A stretch of DNA of 64,000 bases from positions 1,364,001 through 1,428,000 of the forward strand of contig BQFW01000010.1 of NCBI GenBank assembly GCA_020891255.1, written 5' to 3'. The stretch is from Entomortierella parvispora E1425. Taxonomy: Eukaryota; Fungi; Mortierellomycota. This document shows, in pieces, positions 13,624 to 26,555 of the stretch. Both the position numbers and the translations under genes were made by a program. The notes beneath the pieces are model-generated. The model searched no databases. It was not told where the DNA came from and was given only the letters and a program-made list of their open reading frames with translations. Within the stretch, counting starts at the first letter, position 1, and every line of letters begins with the position of its first letter.

Positions 13624-14801
13624 GAAAAAAAATGATGAGGTTGTAATAAATAGTAGGCGCCGGTTTGGCAGAGAAATCAGGTGTTTACCTGGCTACAGAA
13701 TTTGGATTCTGTGAATGAGAAGTTATTGAGCTGCAGCAAGACCGGGTTGTGTTTGAACGCGAAAAAAAAAGTCTCGCCTCCGTTCAATCGAACTAGGGCG
13801 CAAGCGAACTTTGCCAACGAGGACGGGCAATAGCAAGCCAATGAAAAAGAATTACAATGGCGTTGATTGTGTGCAACTGCTATCGTGTGCTGTTTGGTGA
13901 CCGCTGAAGGCAGAAAACGCGAAAACACAGAGGGAAAGGGTTGTCGAATCTGCCGCCCCACACACGCCCTTTTCTTCTCCAACTTTTTACCCTAATTATA
14001 GCCCACCAATCAGACATCTACCTCTGGCACGCACTTTCCTTGAACGACGTTCAGAACCTCAACCTGGCATGGGTAGACACCTTGCCTAGGATAATGTTTT
14101 TGCTGTAGGGAGTGGCCAGCAGCACCAACAATAACGGACAACTCTTGTCCGTTTGTCCCAATAGCAGTTGGTCAAGTGGGAAAGGCAGACTCATCCATCG
14201 CAACAGTTGTAGCAACTCGATGAGAACGGATGAAAAGTGTCTGCGCCATTGTCTGTTCCTTCGTTTGTTTCACTCTCTTTTCGAAGAGTTTTTACAGCTT
14301 GCTCTGCCGAAATGAAGACATGGGAATAGTGGAGCAGCGCTGAAAAATTACTAAGATACCTTACCAAATTTCCCACAAGAAGCATTTCTGAAGCAGCAGC
14401 GCGAGGGATACACATGCATGAGAAAATAGAGCACCTGAACAATTCACCCATGTTTGTGGCCCAGTTATTCTTCGCAAAAGAACCTTGCAAAGTAAAAAAA
14501 AATTGCGATACTCCAATTCAGTTCAGTTTTACAGTGAGTCAATGTCCTGGCGTCTTGTAATGATCCACTTGCAGTTTTTTTTTGTGGTCGCAGGACTCGC
14601 GATCATCAAGGCACATTGATTCGAACACACTTCGCCATAACCCACTGAAGACCTTCTGCATGCACCCCAGATGAACCGAATACGTATAAAAAGAACAAAA
14701 AAAAAACTTTTAAAAAATATCCCAAAAAAACAACATCCATCCAGTCCAGTCCAGGTCTCCAAGTTTCCTCCGCCACCTGCTTCCTCTTCGCATCCCGGAC
14801 A

Positions 14802-15272
14802 ATGTTCAAGAGCTTTGCTGTCACCGCCTCCGCGACCATTCTCGTTTGCGCTTCTTTCGTTTCCACTACGCCCTGCAATACCGTCAACTTTGATGTCTCC
14901 ATGAGTCTTTCGAGTCAGGCGCCCGCTGCTGTGATGTGGGGCCAAATTTGGAATAACGTTGGCTTTTACGCTGAAACTCCTTCCCAGAGCTTGCCTGATA
15001 ATGTCAAATCCTGCTCCAGCGATGGCGAGTTTTGTTGGTGGATTACCAGCGGTAACGGTATATTCCCTCCATCACTGGACGTGTGCGCCAGCATGCACGG
15101 CAATACCAACAGCTGGTCAAAACCAAACGTCAAAGCTGGATCCGGCAGTCAATACACCTACAACTACCATGGACACATTGGTATATTTGAAAGTTTGGTC
15201 CACTGTATAACAGTAGGGGTTCCTAGAAGTGCAATAAAGATACGTTTCTTATCTCCGCTCAGTAAACAATAG
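14802..15272 (+). CDS. Small secreted protein of unknown function
   Basis: Hydrophobic signal peptide MFKSFAVTASATILVCASFVST, several Cys (SCSSDGEFCW, VCAS), intact 156-aa ORF; the C-terminus could be altered by splicing. Confidence 0.65.
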   Translation: MFKSFAVTASATILVCASFVSTTPCNTVNFDVSMSLSSQAPAAVMWGQIWNNVGFYAETPSQSLPDNVKSCSSDGEFCWWITSGNGIFPPSLDVCASMHGNTNSWSKPNVKAGSGSQYTYNYHGHIGIFESLVHCITVGVPRSAIKIRFLSPLSKQ

Positions 15273-16016
15273 TGCCCCATTGCATGTTTGGCTAAGGCAA
15301 TCTTGATCCTTCGCCCCTATCCCTGCTTCCGTGTCTTCTTCCAACTCACATGGCTTCCATTTTTTTTACCTCCGTCCGCAGTTCCTACATATACTGGAGT
15401 TTCTGTTCAAAGACCTAATCCATACGCAGTCCCTGGAGCCGTCCGTAGTTGGGAATGAACTCTGGAAATTTTTCTCCATTATTGTAAGTCATTAGAGCAA
15501 GGAAAGCATTTGAGCAACGCGTGTCTACAACCTCTATGATCTCGTCGCTCCATCACTCCAAACCCTACAGGTAGTTACCATAGCCACATAGACATATATA
15601 TAACCCCTCCCTACAACTCATTAAACTGATTCGCTTCTCCAACTCTGTCTCTTCCCTGCCCTCGTTCCCTGTCCTTGGTCTCTGCTTTGTATTCCCCTCC
15701 GTACCTTATACAATTTGGTCCATGTGTTGGCAATCAGGTGTGAGTGTTATTCACTCTTCAGCAAGGGCGCCGAGGGGAGAATCGATCTAGATATGCCTTC
15801 GGTCTCCGGAGGTGATGTAGTGTGATGTGGTGCGGTGTGGGATCTTTCAGAAATCGAAATACCGCCTGATATCCCAGACTTGCTACCATGTGGGAGAGCT
15901 GAAGGCGCTTTTGCATGGCTATAATATGAAGATACAGGTGGCGTGAGTGGATATTGCGTCTGAACAATGACCAAGAGCGAAGTAAAGAACTGAAGCGTCT
16001 CTTTTGTCTGACCTTC

Positions 16017-16500
16017 GTGCACCAATTTGATATCAACTGGGTAGGCCTTCCACTGCCTCCATGTGTGAGTTAAGTGAAACTAGAGATAACCCCGCCAACG
16101 ATCTGGATGAGCGTCATCCTACAATGCTGGGTGATCCGCACCTTCGGTGATAGAATATCATAATTTCTTGAAAGGTGTGAGTGGTTAGCTCACTCTGCTG
16201 TGAACGCGATGCCTGTTTTGAAGCAGATCAGCACTGTAAGGGACAAGACCCTCATGTAGCCAATTATCCTTCGTGCTCGCCGAATTTAGAATGTTGGGAC
16301 AATAAGAGCGTTCCCGCAAGTGATGATGCTGAGTGAATGTGCTGTCCTGCCATGAGACGCCAGCGGTGATTGGGACGCCAGTGGTGATTGGGGCAATCCT
16401 GTCCGCTGTTGAAAATGTTGAAATGGTCCTGTGCGGTGCACTAGAGGACACGCGCGCGTGTGTGACGCGAAAGACACGATGCAGGCGCAAGCCACCGCAG
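16017..16500. repeat. Degenerate ~0.5-kb direct repeat, copy A
   Basis: Colinear blocks shared with 17514-17960: ttgatatcaa, tgtgtgagtt, catgtagccaatt, gaatgttg, gctgagt/cga, ccatgaga, tgttgaaaatgtt. Confidence 0.75.
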
Positions 16501-16549
16501 AACGGACACCTGCTCAATCCAGTGCTCTCTGCCTGCCATCTTCCTTTTG

Positions 16550-16580
<31 letters not shown>

Positions 16581-17513
16581 GACCTCTCTTGATCTGCATA
16601 TTCACCAGAGGGTATGTTGTTGCACTTGTTGCCTCAGATTGGCCTTAGTGGAAATGGATGGTACTCGAAACTAATACGTTCATACGTCCTGTCATTCTTG
16701 CTCTCTTCAATTAGACCCCGTATGTTGATGTTTTAAAGATTTGCAGGCACCTTGGCTTCGCAAAACTAACGCCTTCTCTCTGTCCAATGTCACAGCCGTT
16801 TGGTAAACTCGGAACTAGCACCGGAAGTGACTCCTGATCGCCGACCTTTTCTCCAACCGCAACCGTCCAGTCTCTCGGCCCAATACAAGAGACAAGCACA
16901 GTTTTCAAGGCCCAGGTCCACACGAGCTCCAATAAATCCGCAGCAACAGTTTCTTACCCCACAAAGACATGATATCCAATTTTATTCCTTTTTTTTTTTT
17001 TTTTTTTTTCGCTTTCTCAATTCTCGTCTGGATGAAAGGATTTGACGACTAAAAGTTTACAGGATGCTTGCTAAATATATTGTCAGCGCAATCAATGGCT
17101 GTAGTGAGAATGGATAGAACTCTCATTGATCGCTGCGCGTCCTGCACAACACTGGTTTTTGTCTCGAGATTCGTTGAGGGAACAGTCATCAAGGGCAAGT
17201 CATGGCGCCTCCGCCTTGATACATGTGAAATTGATGATGCCTGTACTGCATTGTCAAAGAGAATGGTAAATGATATGGTTGAAGACCCTTTCCAAGTGGA
17301 CGTCCTTTTCTACTAATAAAGCACAACGTAGAACGTCTCCTTGCCCGATCCTGGAGAACCCTAACTTGGTTTGGATACCTTGACCTCCGTGCTCCCCTCT
17401 TGATATCCATTGGGTGGACTGAACGAGGCCGACTGCCCTCTGCGTGAGTTCAATGAGATTCGACAGGACACATTCACCGATACGGACCAGACCTCTCCGT
17501 TGCCCTGGCCTTT

Positions 17514-17960
17514 GTGCCCCCTCTTGATATCAATTGCGTAGACCGATCAAGGTCGCCGAACGCCGCTGTGTGAGTTCAGTGATACTCGAGAGGCGGTCGA
17601 TGATCTAAACGACCGTCATCTTTTAATACTGAGGGATCCCAATTTCCGAAGAGCCCGCACCCCTTCGATGGCAGTGCATAAAAATCCCTTGAAGGAGCGA
17701 GTGGTCAGGTCAACGTGCTGTGGACATGTAGCCAATTGTCCTTGTGCTCGCAGATTTGTTGAATGTTGAGACAGCAAGAGCGCTGCCACGAGTGATGACG
17801 CTGAGCGATTGGTTGTCCAGCCATGAGAATCCAATGGTGAATGAGCAATCCAGCTAATTGTTGAAAATGTTACAATGACCCTGGGTGCATGAAAGAAAGG
17901 ACGCGCGAATGGGACGCGATTGACACGACGCTGTGCAACGCAAAGAGCGAAGCCACACAA
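17514..17960. repeat. Degenerate ~0.5-kb direct repeat, copy B, preceded by a partial third copy at ~17389-17466
   Basis: Aligns by eye to 16017-16500 with one ~50-bp indel; no reading frame is conserved between the copies. Confidence 0.75.
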
Positions 17961-18216
17961 TCCATCCGTTACGACTTTTGTCCATCCCGCTCGTGCAGTG
18001 AGTGCTGCTGTCCTAAAAACTGCCATTCTTTTTTTTTTTTTTTTCTAATTCTGGTCTCTTTCCCTGACCTCCTGGTCCCATTCATTTTTCCTTTGCTGAC
18101 AAGCGGTCAAGTTGACCAGTTGACCGCCCTCATTCACACATTTTTACAAGGGGTTGTTTTTTCTTCATTTTTGACAAGAATCTTGATAGTCTTTTGCACG
18201 CGATCTTCTTGGTTGC

Positions 18217-19508
18217 TTAGAGGGCGGCGAGAACAGCCTTGGCGCCAGAAACGGTGACACCAGGACTATTGTCAAAGCAAAAAAGAGCCATCGTAGGAGG
18301 TGTATTAGTGAACTGGAATCTCATATAAACCGCAGGTCATTGCCTCAATCGATGCCACACATACGCAGTTTCGACACCAATGTAGGTGACCTTCAAGTTA
18401 TCCGCGACCAAAGCGAATCGCTGGGAACGGACGGCACCGAATCCAATCTTGGTGAGGTCTAAGGCAAGAAAAGGACAAAAGAGAAAATTGAGTTGGGGGA
18501 AAACGCATGTCAAATCCAGATCAAGACGGTGGGATGCCACTGTCCGCCCAATCTATTCCCCTGTCAGTGTTTTCCCCCTGATGAATCGATCCTTACCCTG
18601 AACAAGACCGGTGGCGTTGACAAAGTCGCCGTTTCCATCTGCGGCCATGATAACCTTGTTGCCGACCTTGACCCACTTTCCCCAGGCATCCATGACGCTA
18701 TTTTGGCGAGGCAGAGTTGATTTTTGCGACAAAGATAAAAAAATATATATATAAAATGATGAGCATCCTTCTTCAAGCCGCAAAAAAGATTAGAGCGGGC
18801 AATTCAGGAATCTCCCCCCCAAAGTCACTTCCTTTCTCCCCACAGACAAACCCACTCTAAAGGGGGGCAAGGCGGGGGGGGGGCTTCTCCCTTTTTGTCT
18901 TTGCATGCATTTCTTACAAGGCGTCGGTAGTGGCGAGGCAAATGATCTCGTCAACACCCTTCTTGACAAACTCCTCGTAGAGATCACGGTATCTAGGGTG
19001 GTGAAAACGATAAAAAGATAAAAATGATGAGCAACACGTTTGTCTTTTGTCGGATTTTTTTTTTCTCGCGCATGGATCTTTTCCTCCTTTTTCGTCCTGT
19101 TCCCTTTCGAAATCAAAAAGACTTACTCGGGCAAGTGAGTGTTGTTGCAGGTAGGGGTGAAGGCACCGGGGACGCCAAAGATGACGACCTTCTTGCCCTT
19201 CAACGAGGCGATATGCAAGTCCTGGGGGACTCCACAGGCATGCTCCAAGGAAGCATCGAAGGGGCTATTCTCCCGAAAGGATAGAAAGGAATAGGAAAAA
19301 GAAAAAAAAAGGGTGGCGCGTGAGAAAAAAGAAGAAAAAAAGAAAAAAAGATGAAGCGATGGACTAATCATCGCGAGGATTCCTTTCTGGTTCGAGTCAA
19401 CTTACCAGTACTTGAGAGAGACAGAGGGGAGAGTGTCGCCGACCTTGATCTATGGATTGTCGAGATAGACGGAGGTGGGGCAGGTGCAGCCGAGGAGAGA
19501 CGAAAAGT

Positions 19509-19550
<42 letters not shown>

Positions 19551-19626
19551 GCCGCTGCGCGGTTCCCCGATCTGCGCTTCGGAAGCATCCAAGAGTACAA
19601 ACGAAAAGAGCGATGCTTACAGTCAT
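18217..19626 (-). CDS. PRX5: Peroxiredoxin, Prx5/Ahp1/Pmp20 (Redoxin) type; multi-exon
   Basis: MT|IKVGDTLPSVSLKY, KGKKVVIFGVPGAFTPTC, VMDAWGK, ADGNGDF, GFGAVRSQRFALVADNLKVTYIGVE, final exon PGVTVSGAKAVLAAL*. Confidence 0.93.
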
Positions 19627-20083
19627 GGTTGTATTCGAGTGAGTGAGTAGATGGGTGGGATGAAAGGAAGAAAGAGAGAGAAAGAGAGGGCTGAAGGACA
19701 AGAGAAAGAGAGAAAGAGAGAAGGAAAGAAAGAAAGAAAGAGAGAGAGAGAGAAAAAAAAGAGAAAAACAAACCAGTCAGAATCACAATCCCCGTGCAAT
19801 CATTGCGATCGATCTCTGGTCGGTCAAGAGAGAGAGAGCGAGAGAGAGAGAAACAGCGTTGATCCAACCCAGCCCCGTTCTCCCTCCAATCCTCCCCCTC
19901 GCCACAATCACCCACAATCACACACACCCGCACAATCGCCCTGCAGCGCCACAGGAACTCACCCGTCGACTCCGCCCGCCGCTCTGCTCTCTTTTCGTCC
20001 TTCTCTCTCTTTCTCGCTCCATCTCGCTCCATCTCATTCCTTCCTTCCTTCCTTCCTTCCTTCCTTCCTTCCTTCCTTCCTTC
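19512..20083. repeat. Microsatellite-rich region: (GA)n at ~19512-19544, purine runs at ~19670-19850, (TTCC)n at ~20037-20083
   Basis: Read directly from the sequence. Confidence 0.9.
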
Positions 20084-20159
20084 ATTCTCTTCTCGTTCTC
20101 CTTCTCGGCTGCATCCTTCCATCCCTACTTTCCCTACTCCCCTACTTCTTGCCCGCCCC

Positions 20160-23093
20160 ATGAGTTGGTAAATAACACGTCGCTGCCACCCACCCACCCA
20201 TTCCATTCCCGGGTCTTCACCTGTCTCTTCGCGTGATATCGCCAGTCTGGCCTTCCTTCCTCGGCGTGGCTCTTTCACTCCCCCAGCATAACCCTCTCAG
20301 ACAGACCTGTCTTCTTCTCCTCACTCCCCCATCTTACCTCCCTTGTCAGTCGCAAGATAATATCAGGCGATGGAGGCGCAGACTTGAGCCCTCCTCTATC
20401 TTTCGCCCGCCCGCTTCTCCACAAACACACACGCAAGGAAAAATCCAGGAACAGAAGAACTAACTTGCTTGTAATCTTCTTCGTGTTGAACCAACCCTTT
20501 GAACCTCCCCTTCCAGGAAAGGACTCACAAAGGCCGTCTCTCGACTGCCTCACACGCTCTCTACCAAGACTGGCATTCGCGATGGTAAATGGACAGCCTG
20601 ATGCAAGACTGCGATGTAGCATAAGGAGGATGGAAGAGACATTTTTTTACACTCCCTGCTCCCACAGCCCGCAATTCTATTTCCGCTTCGGTCTGTCTGT
20701 TAACGGTCTTTTTTCTCTTTCTTTCGCCCTGATTTCATCTTTCGGCCGTCATATCACTTTTTCTATTGCCTCAAATGCGCCTTAGCCACCAACGATTTCG
20801 AGTTCAAGGAGATGACCACCAAGTTTGCAGCCTCGGAAAAGTCGACCACAGCTTTGTTGACTGAGGTTACAAAATACAGGGACAGCGTCACTGGTAAGCT
20901 TCTTTTGCTCTCGTGTTTTTTTTTTTTTTTTTTTGGTTTTTCTTTTGCCACCGTTCTCTGTTTCCTGGGTCAGCTGTCGAGAGTGCCTTGCGTTTGTTCT
21001 CTGTCTTGTCTCGTCTTTCTGGATAGAGGAGAAAGAAAAGAAATGGAAAAAGAAGGCGGGCAGAAGAACATCAATCAGTCTTTGTTTATGCTTTTGAGCA
21101 TGACATTCGCCTTTGCTGCTTTGTTTTTTTTTGGTTATCTTTTTTTTTTTTTGCCACCATCGCTTACATTACTCTTTGGACTCGAAAACAAAATAGCGCT
21201 GCTGAACCATCAGGCCGAGTTTGGAATTGTGCTGGCCGAGATCTATGACCCCTCGTTGGGAGTGCCCAGTGGAGAGGTGACCCCTCGTCGCGTACAAACT
21301 GCCCCGGAATCTGTTCAGGCCGTGGATGATTTTCAGGCAGTCATGAGAGAAATCCGGGATTTGCTCCTTCCTGAAGTTGTAAGGACGCCAAAGAAAAGGA
21401 AGCTTGACTCGATCGAGTCCGTTGTCGATGAATTGTGGATATTAACACTTTTTTTATCTCTCTTTCTTTACCTTTTGACTTTGTTCATTCAGGACAAACT
21501 GGAGGCGACAGTGGTGCGTCCATTGACAGAGATGCAGAACCTGATGAAGCTAATCCGCAAGTCGATCACAAAGCGGGACCACAAGCTGGTGGACTATGAT
21601 CGATTCAGGATTGCACTCAAAAAGTTGCAGGACAAGAAGGAGCGTACCCTCAGTGACGAGAAACAAATGTTCAAGGTACCGTCAAACAAGGATACATGGA
21701 CTGAACAAAAGAAATGGAAGTTTGAGAGGGAAGGAAAAGAAGTTGGTCCTCAAGTCAAGTCTTACTTATATATTTTTTTCCCTTTTTTAATACTTCATAG
21801 CTCGAGTCGCAGCTGGAGGTCGCAACAGCAGACTACGAAGGATTGAACAACTTGTTGAAGGAAGAACTACCAGGATACTTTTGGCTGCGGACCCAATTGA
21901 TGGAACCCATCTTTCATTCGCTGTATTTCTTGCAGTTGAGGATCTATACCATTCTTCTGGACCGTATTGACCCCCTCTCCCGCAGCGGATACTATGACCT
22001 GACAGTCGATGTCATTGGAGGCTACGAAGCCAGGAAGGGCGATATCGCTCCCACGTTGGAGTCTGTCGAGATTCTCACAAAGAAGTCTACCCGTATGTTT
22101 TAGGAATCTTTATTATAGCTCACCGCGTGGGATACCCAGAAACTTGTGCACTAGCGGCATACTAACATTCACTTCTGCAACACCTTGCCCTATGGCATTT
22201 TAGCCTACTCAAGCAAGTATGGTCGTAATGGTGACTCTAGCCCTCCAGGATCCAATACCTCCCTCGGACACCCTTCACCCCCGTCTGCTCCAGCGGTCAA
22301 ACCTTGGCAGAAGGCCGTTGGATCATCAGGACCAAAGCCATGGCAACAACAACAGCAACAACAGCAATCACATCAGGACACTGCACCTCCACCAACAGCA
22401 CCCAAGCCATGGCAGGCGCCCGCTGCTGCCAGGTCCTACAACACCACCTCCCCAGCCGCGGCTCCGCCAGTACCTGCAGCCAAGCCCTGGCAATCCCCTG
22501 CGACCGCGAAACCTTGGCAGTCACAGAACCCAAAGCCGTATGAGCCTGCACCCCCAGCGTACCAATCCCCTCAGACTGTGGCTACGGCCCCTGCCCCTGC
22601 CCCTGCCCCCGTCGCAGCTCCTGCCTCTAGAGGTGGCCCCAATGTTCATTTGCATCTGAGTCCGTTCAGCACAGGAATCGCTGGTGCCATCGCTGCCACG
22701 GCAGCAGGCGCAGCCATCAATGCAGGACAGAGTCATGTCGCCAGTCAAAAGAAACCTCCGCCACCGCCCGTCCCCAGAAGGATGAACGGACCCAAGATGG
22801 CTGTAGCGCTGTATGACTATGATGCTCAACAAGAAGGCGACTTGTCCTTCCGAAGAGATGATCGGATCGAGATTGTGGAACGGACTCAAAACACGGATGA
22901 CTGGTGGACTGGAAAACTCAACGGAAAGACTGGCGTCTTCCCAGGTAATGTTATCTCTTGGACTCCTCACCTTGATACACTTCTTTTTTTTTTTTTTTTT
23001 TTTTGGTGCTGTTCGGAAGACCTTGAAAACTAACAAGACTTTGAATCCTTGGCGACTCATGCAACAATAGGCAACTATGTCAAAGAGATTTAA
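20160..23093 (+). CDS. RVS167: Amphiphysin-type BAR-SH3 protein, Rvs167/Hob1-like; multi-exon
   Basis: MSW|KGLTKAVSRLPH start (compare Rvs167 MSFKGFTKAVSRAP), BAR segment KRDHKLVDYDRFR, Pro-rich KPWQ repeats, SH3 VALYDYDAQQEGDLSF...WWTGKLNGKTGVFP|GNYVKEI*. Confidence 0.9.
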
Positions 23094-23411
23094 TGGACAT
23101 TTCATTTTATTCCATATTTGACGTTCAACTGGACTAAAACTGCAACTGGGACTCGCCAAAAACCGTCTCTATCACCAACGCCTCAGGCTATAGAGATGCC
23201 CTCCCCCCTACGGGCTATTATCGCAGGAAAGAGGGAAAAACTTAATAAAGACAAAAGTCTCGACGCGTCACTTTGTTCCGTTCCCTGTTGTCCCCATGGT
23301 CTTTGGCAGCGTGCTCAATCAAAGCGAATTGTCAGCAAATGCAAACTGTCCTTTGAAGTTTTTTTTTTTTTTTTTTTTTTTGCGCGTATCAAAGAGTATC
23401 CGAGATGACAC

Positions 23412-26400
23412 TCAGCCGCTGGATGCAAGACTCCATTTCACTGTGAGTATTTTGGGCCGCAATCTTTGACAGGTGCCCAAGTCTAAGATGGGGTTGCAGG
23501 AGGCATTTTCCATTAGTTTCAGTCTTTTTGGATGCTGGACCCCTACCGTCGTCTTTCCCAGCAGTTCTATTGCATACTCTTCCTGGAGGCGGGAGTTCAG
23601 AGCCGACCAGGCATTCTTCTCAACGGAATGAAACAGTTGATCCAGGGCCTGGACGTGGCGCTGATCTCGCCTATCCTGGCTCTCCAAGAGAAGCTGCCAA
23701 ATAGAATTCAAAAATAAATCAAAAGTTTTCGGAATGACAGAAGCCATTCGCTGGACTATAGCAGCGATAGAACTTACCTCGGCAATACCATGGAAGGCAT
23801 CCAACATCACTTGACTCCTCTTCCGGCGTTTGTAGGGGATCGTCTCATCTTGAGTATCAATGGGACGATGGCCGGTTGGGACTGGAGTCGCGTCGTGGCC
23901 AGGCGTGATGCTATGACTCTCCGCAGGGTACTCTCTCGGCGCTCCATATGGAATGTGATGTCGATCCTTGAGCGATCGACTTGCAGCACTTGTTGGCATA
24001 TCACATGCTCGGCTGGCCTTGGGACCTGCAGGAGGCTGCTGCTTGTTTGGTTGATTTCCATGGTAAGCCAATGGTTCAGTAACAATGAAGGAGGAGGAGT
24101 ACATCTGTCCAGTGCGCCCGGGCAAGCTCTGGTGACTACCACGGCTCTGTTCGATGCTTTGACTTGAATGTCCTAACCAATGAGCCGGCGCCTCCAAAGC
24201 CCTTCTCGCCGATCTTGGTATTCTGCTCTCAAGCAAAAACGGGGGAATGTTCTCCTTGTTCTCATAGGGGTCGTTGATTGGCGGTAATGGGAGGACCGCC
24301 AGATTGCCTTCAAATGATCGCAAAATTCGGGAAGGCGATCCATAAGACGGGATGGCATTCTTCGGTTCAACTCGCCGCAGTGGATCATCCAATTGACTGA
24401 TAACACACTCTCTGGAGTTGGTTGGAGTTGAGAACGTGCCTGGGGCGGAAGACAATGACTGCGAGAGCTATAACCAGTAACAACTAGAGTCAGCGATTGG
24501 TTCCCAACTTTGATATCTCTGGATACTCTTGCTTACCTGCGGCAGGACAATGGATTGATCCAGAGTTTTGTTTTGGCGTGAGTTGGCAGAGATGCATGCG
24601 ACGCTAGGGAGGTTGTTGGGGTTGTGTGTATTCTCTTGTTTCTAGTAGATGAATGTTGGCTCAAATACAGTTAGATTCGAGCCCATGGTAGTCAAAAAGG
24701 TGATAATGCAAGGAAATTACCTGTATAAATCCAGGGCTCGAGACTCCATGTGGTGAATGATCCAAGTCAGAGGAGCCATTATCCATCGTGCTTAGCACAC
24801 AGGCTTTTGTTACCAATGTTGCCTCCATTGTGGACGCGATCTGTCCTGTAATCACAGGATATGGTTCCAAAGAAATATCGATTGTTCCCTGACTAGTTGT
24901 TAGGCACAAGTGACCCTCGTCTATGTGAGAAAACATGTGGTGCTGTGTTAGACCATCGAGCCCAGAAATTCAAAAAAAAAAAAAAAAAAAAAAATTCGTC
25001 GAGAGGTATCCTTCCGAACCTGCTGTGAGTTCCCAAGTTTGGATGTTTCCATAGGGTAGCACGAGAGCCGGAGCGATCGTGGAGACAGTAGCTCCAGGCC
25101 CAGGCTTTCCAGAGAAGTTGATCGACCGCAGGTTGAAGTCGACAAAGTAGCCATCTGCGTTCAGGAATGTCATCTCTGTGTCCGTGGACGAGATTGAAGG
25201 CGATTCCAGAGTCCAGCCACTATAACAGTAGGCCATAGGCCATAAAATCTTGGTGAGAATCCAATAGTCAAGTCATGGACAAACGAAATGTCATTTACTT
25301 ACAATAGGGCACCAGTGTTCGTCTCTCGAGCCCTTTTAAGGAACTCACGCGAAACACTTCCAAAGTTGGTCGGCTTGAGCTCAAGAAAGAGGCTGGCGAG
25401 GTCTTTTGAAAAGTTTCGCAGTGCAAATGATTCCTGCTCTTTGGGCTTCCCTGGGCACAATCTGAATATGGTGCCTAGCATGTCCAACTGGAGAGGAATG
25501 TCTACAGATTTTAGCAGATATTTGAGGCAGGACAGGTTTAGTGGTCGGATGTTTACGCGTACGCCCATTTTAGAACAAGGAGAATCATCGTCCTAGTGTA
25601 CCTTGCTCTGTCATCAGTCGGTCGCAGAGGCTTTTGCTAGCAATTCCCGTTAATGCGGTTAGTACCTAATAGTCGATTTCATAAACGCGCTTCTATAATT
25701 ATATCGATATAAGACTAGTTACATTGCATCGGGCGTCTTTCTCAGGTAGCGCTTGTTTTCGTCGCACTGACTGAGCAGTGAGTTGGTGCAGTGCGAGATC
25801 TATTGGCAGTTGTTGATCAATGCTGTGTACATGAAAATCAGGCCATTTTTCACTAATAAATTCAAGTACCCTCTTACTTTTGTCCGAAGGCCGACACCCA
25901 TCGCATCGATCACCCCGTCTTCCAGTGCGATGTGCAACAAGGGGAAAAAGTGAGGTCCAAGGATATGTTTTTCTATCAAGAGAAGGGCTAACGCCTGCCT
26001 TAGCTTCATTCTTTTCGAACTACCCTTCCAAATCCTCGGCAAGTCTACCTTTGTCTTCATTGTTGATTTTATCCTATAAAGTGGAGACCACAAGTTTTAT
26101 CAGTCAGTAGAACGTCGGACATGTACGAACAATGATGAAACAGCGTCGTTACCTGAAGGATATCAATAAGCAGCTCCTTAAATTCGATGCCTGTCTGTCG
26201 ATCCATGAGGGAGCCCGCGACATGTCTCGAAATTAACCCCAGGATGCCGTCGATGACTAGAACCACTTGAGGAAAGAGCTTTGCCTTTGCAGGCGTTGCT
26301 TTCACCAGCTCAATCAAGGATGGCAGACTGCCAAAGAGCTCCTTAGTGTCCCCGCTCGATATCTAGAGAGAGCCACATGCAATGATCAGAGCTCTGAGCC

Positions 26401-26555
26401 AGTAAAGTCGGAGCTGGATGTCATATCCAAGGGTGACGGCTGGCGGCTGGGGTAGCCTATTTCGTTACATAAGCCTGGATCCTGTCCAACGTTTGCTCTT
26501 GGTCCGCTTTTTTGGCAGCAGAGGCAGAGGGTCTCTTGCCTCGACCACCAGTCAT
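23412..26555 (-). CDS. Multi-exon hypothetical protein; candidate meiotic axis-core protein of the SYCP2/Red1/Rec10 type
   Basis: Collinear minus-strand ORF pieces with GT..AG junctions from ATG 26555 (MTGGRGKR...). Helical N-terminus, DIPLQLDMLGTIFRL...FLELKPTNFGSVSREFL and YFVDFNLRSINFS, long disordered middle, helical C-terminus. The gene is well supported; the homology call is tentative and the 3' end uncertain. Confidence 0.6.
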
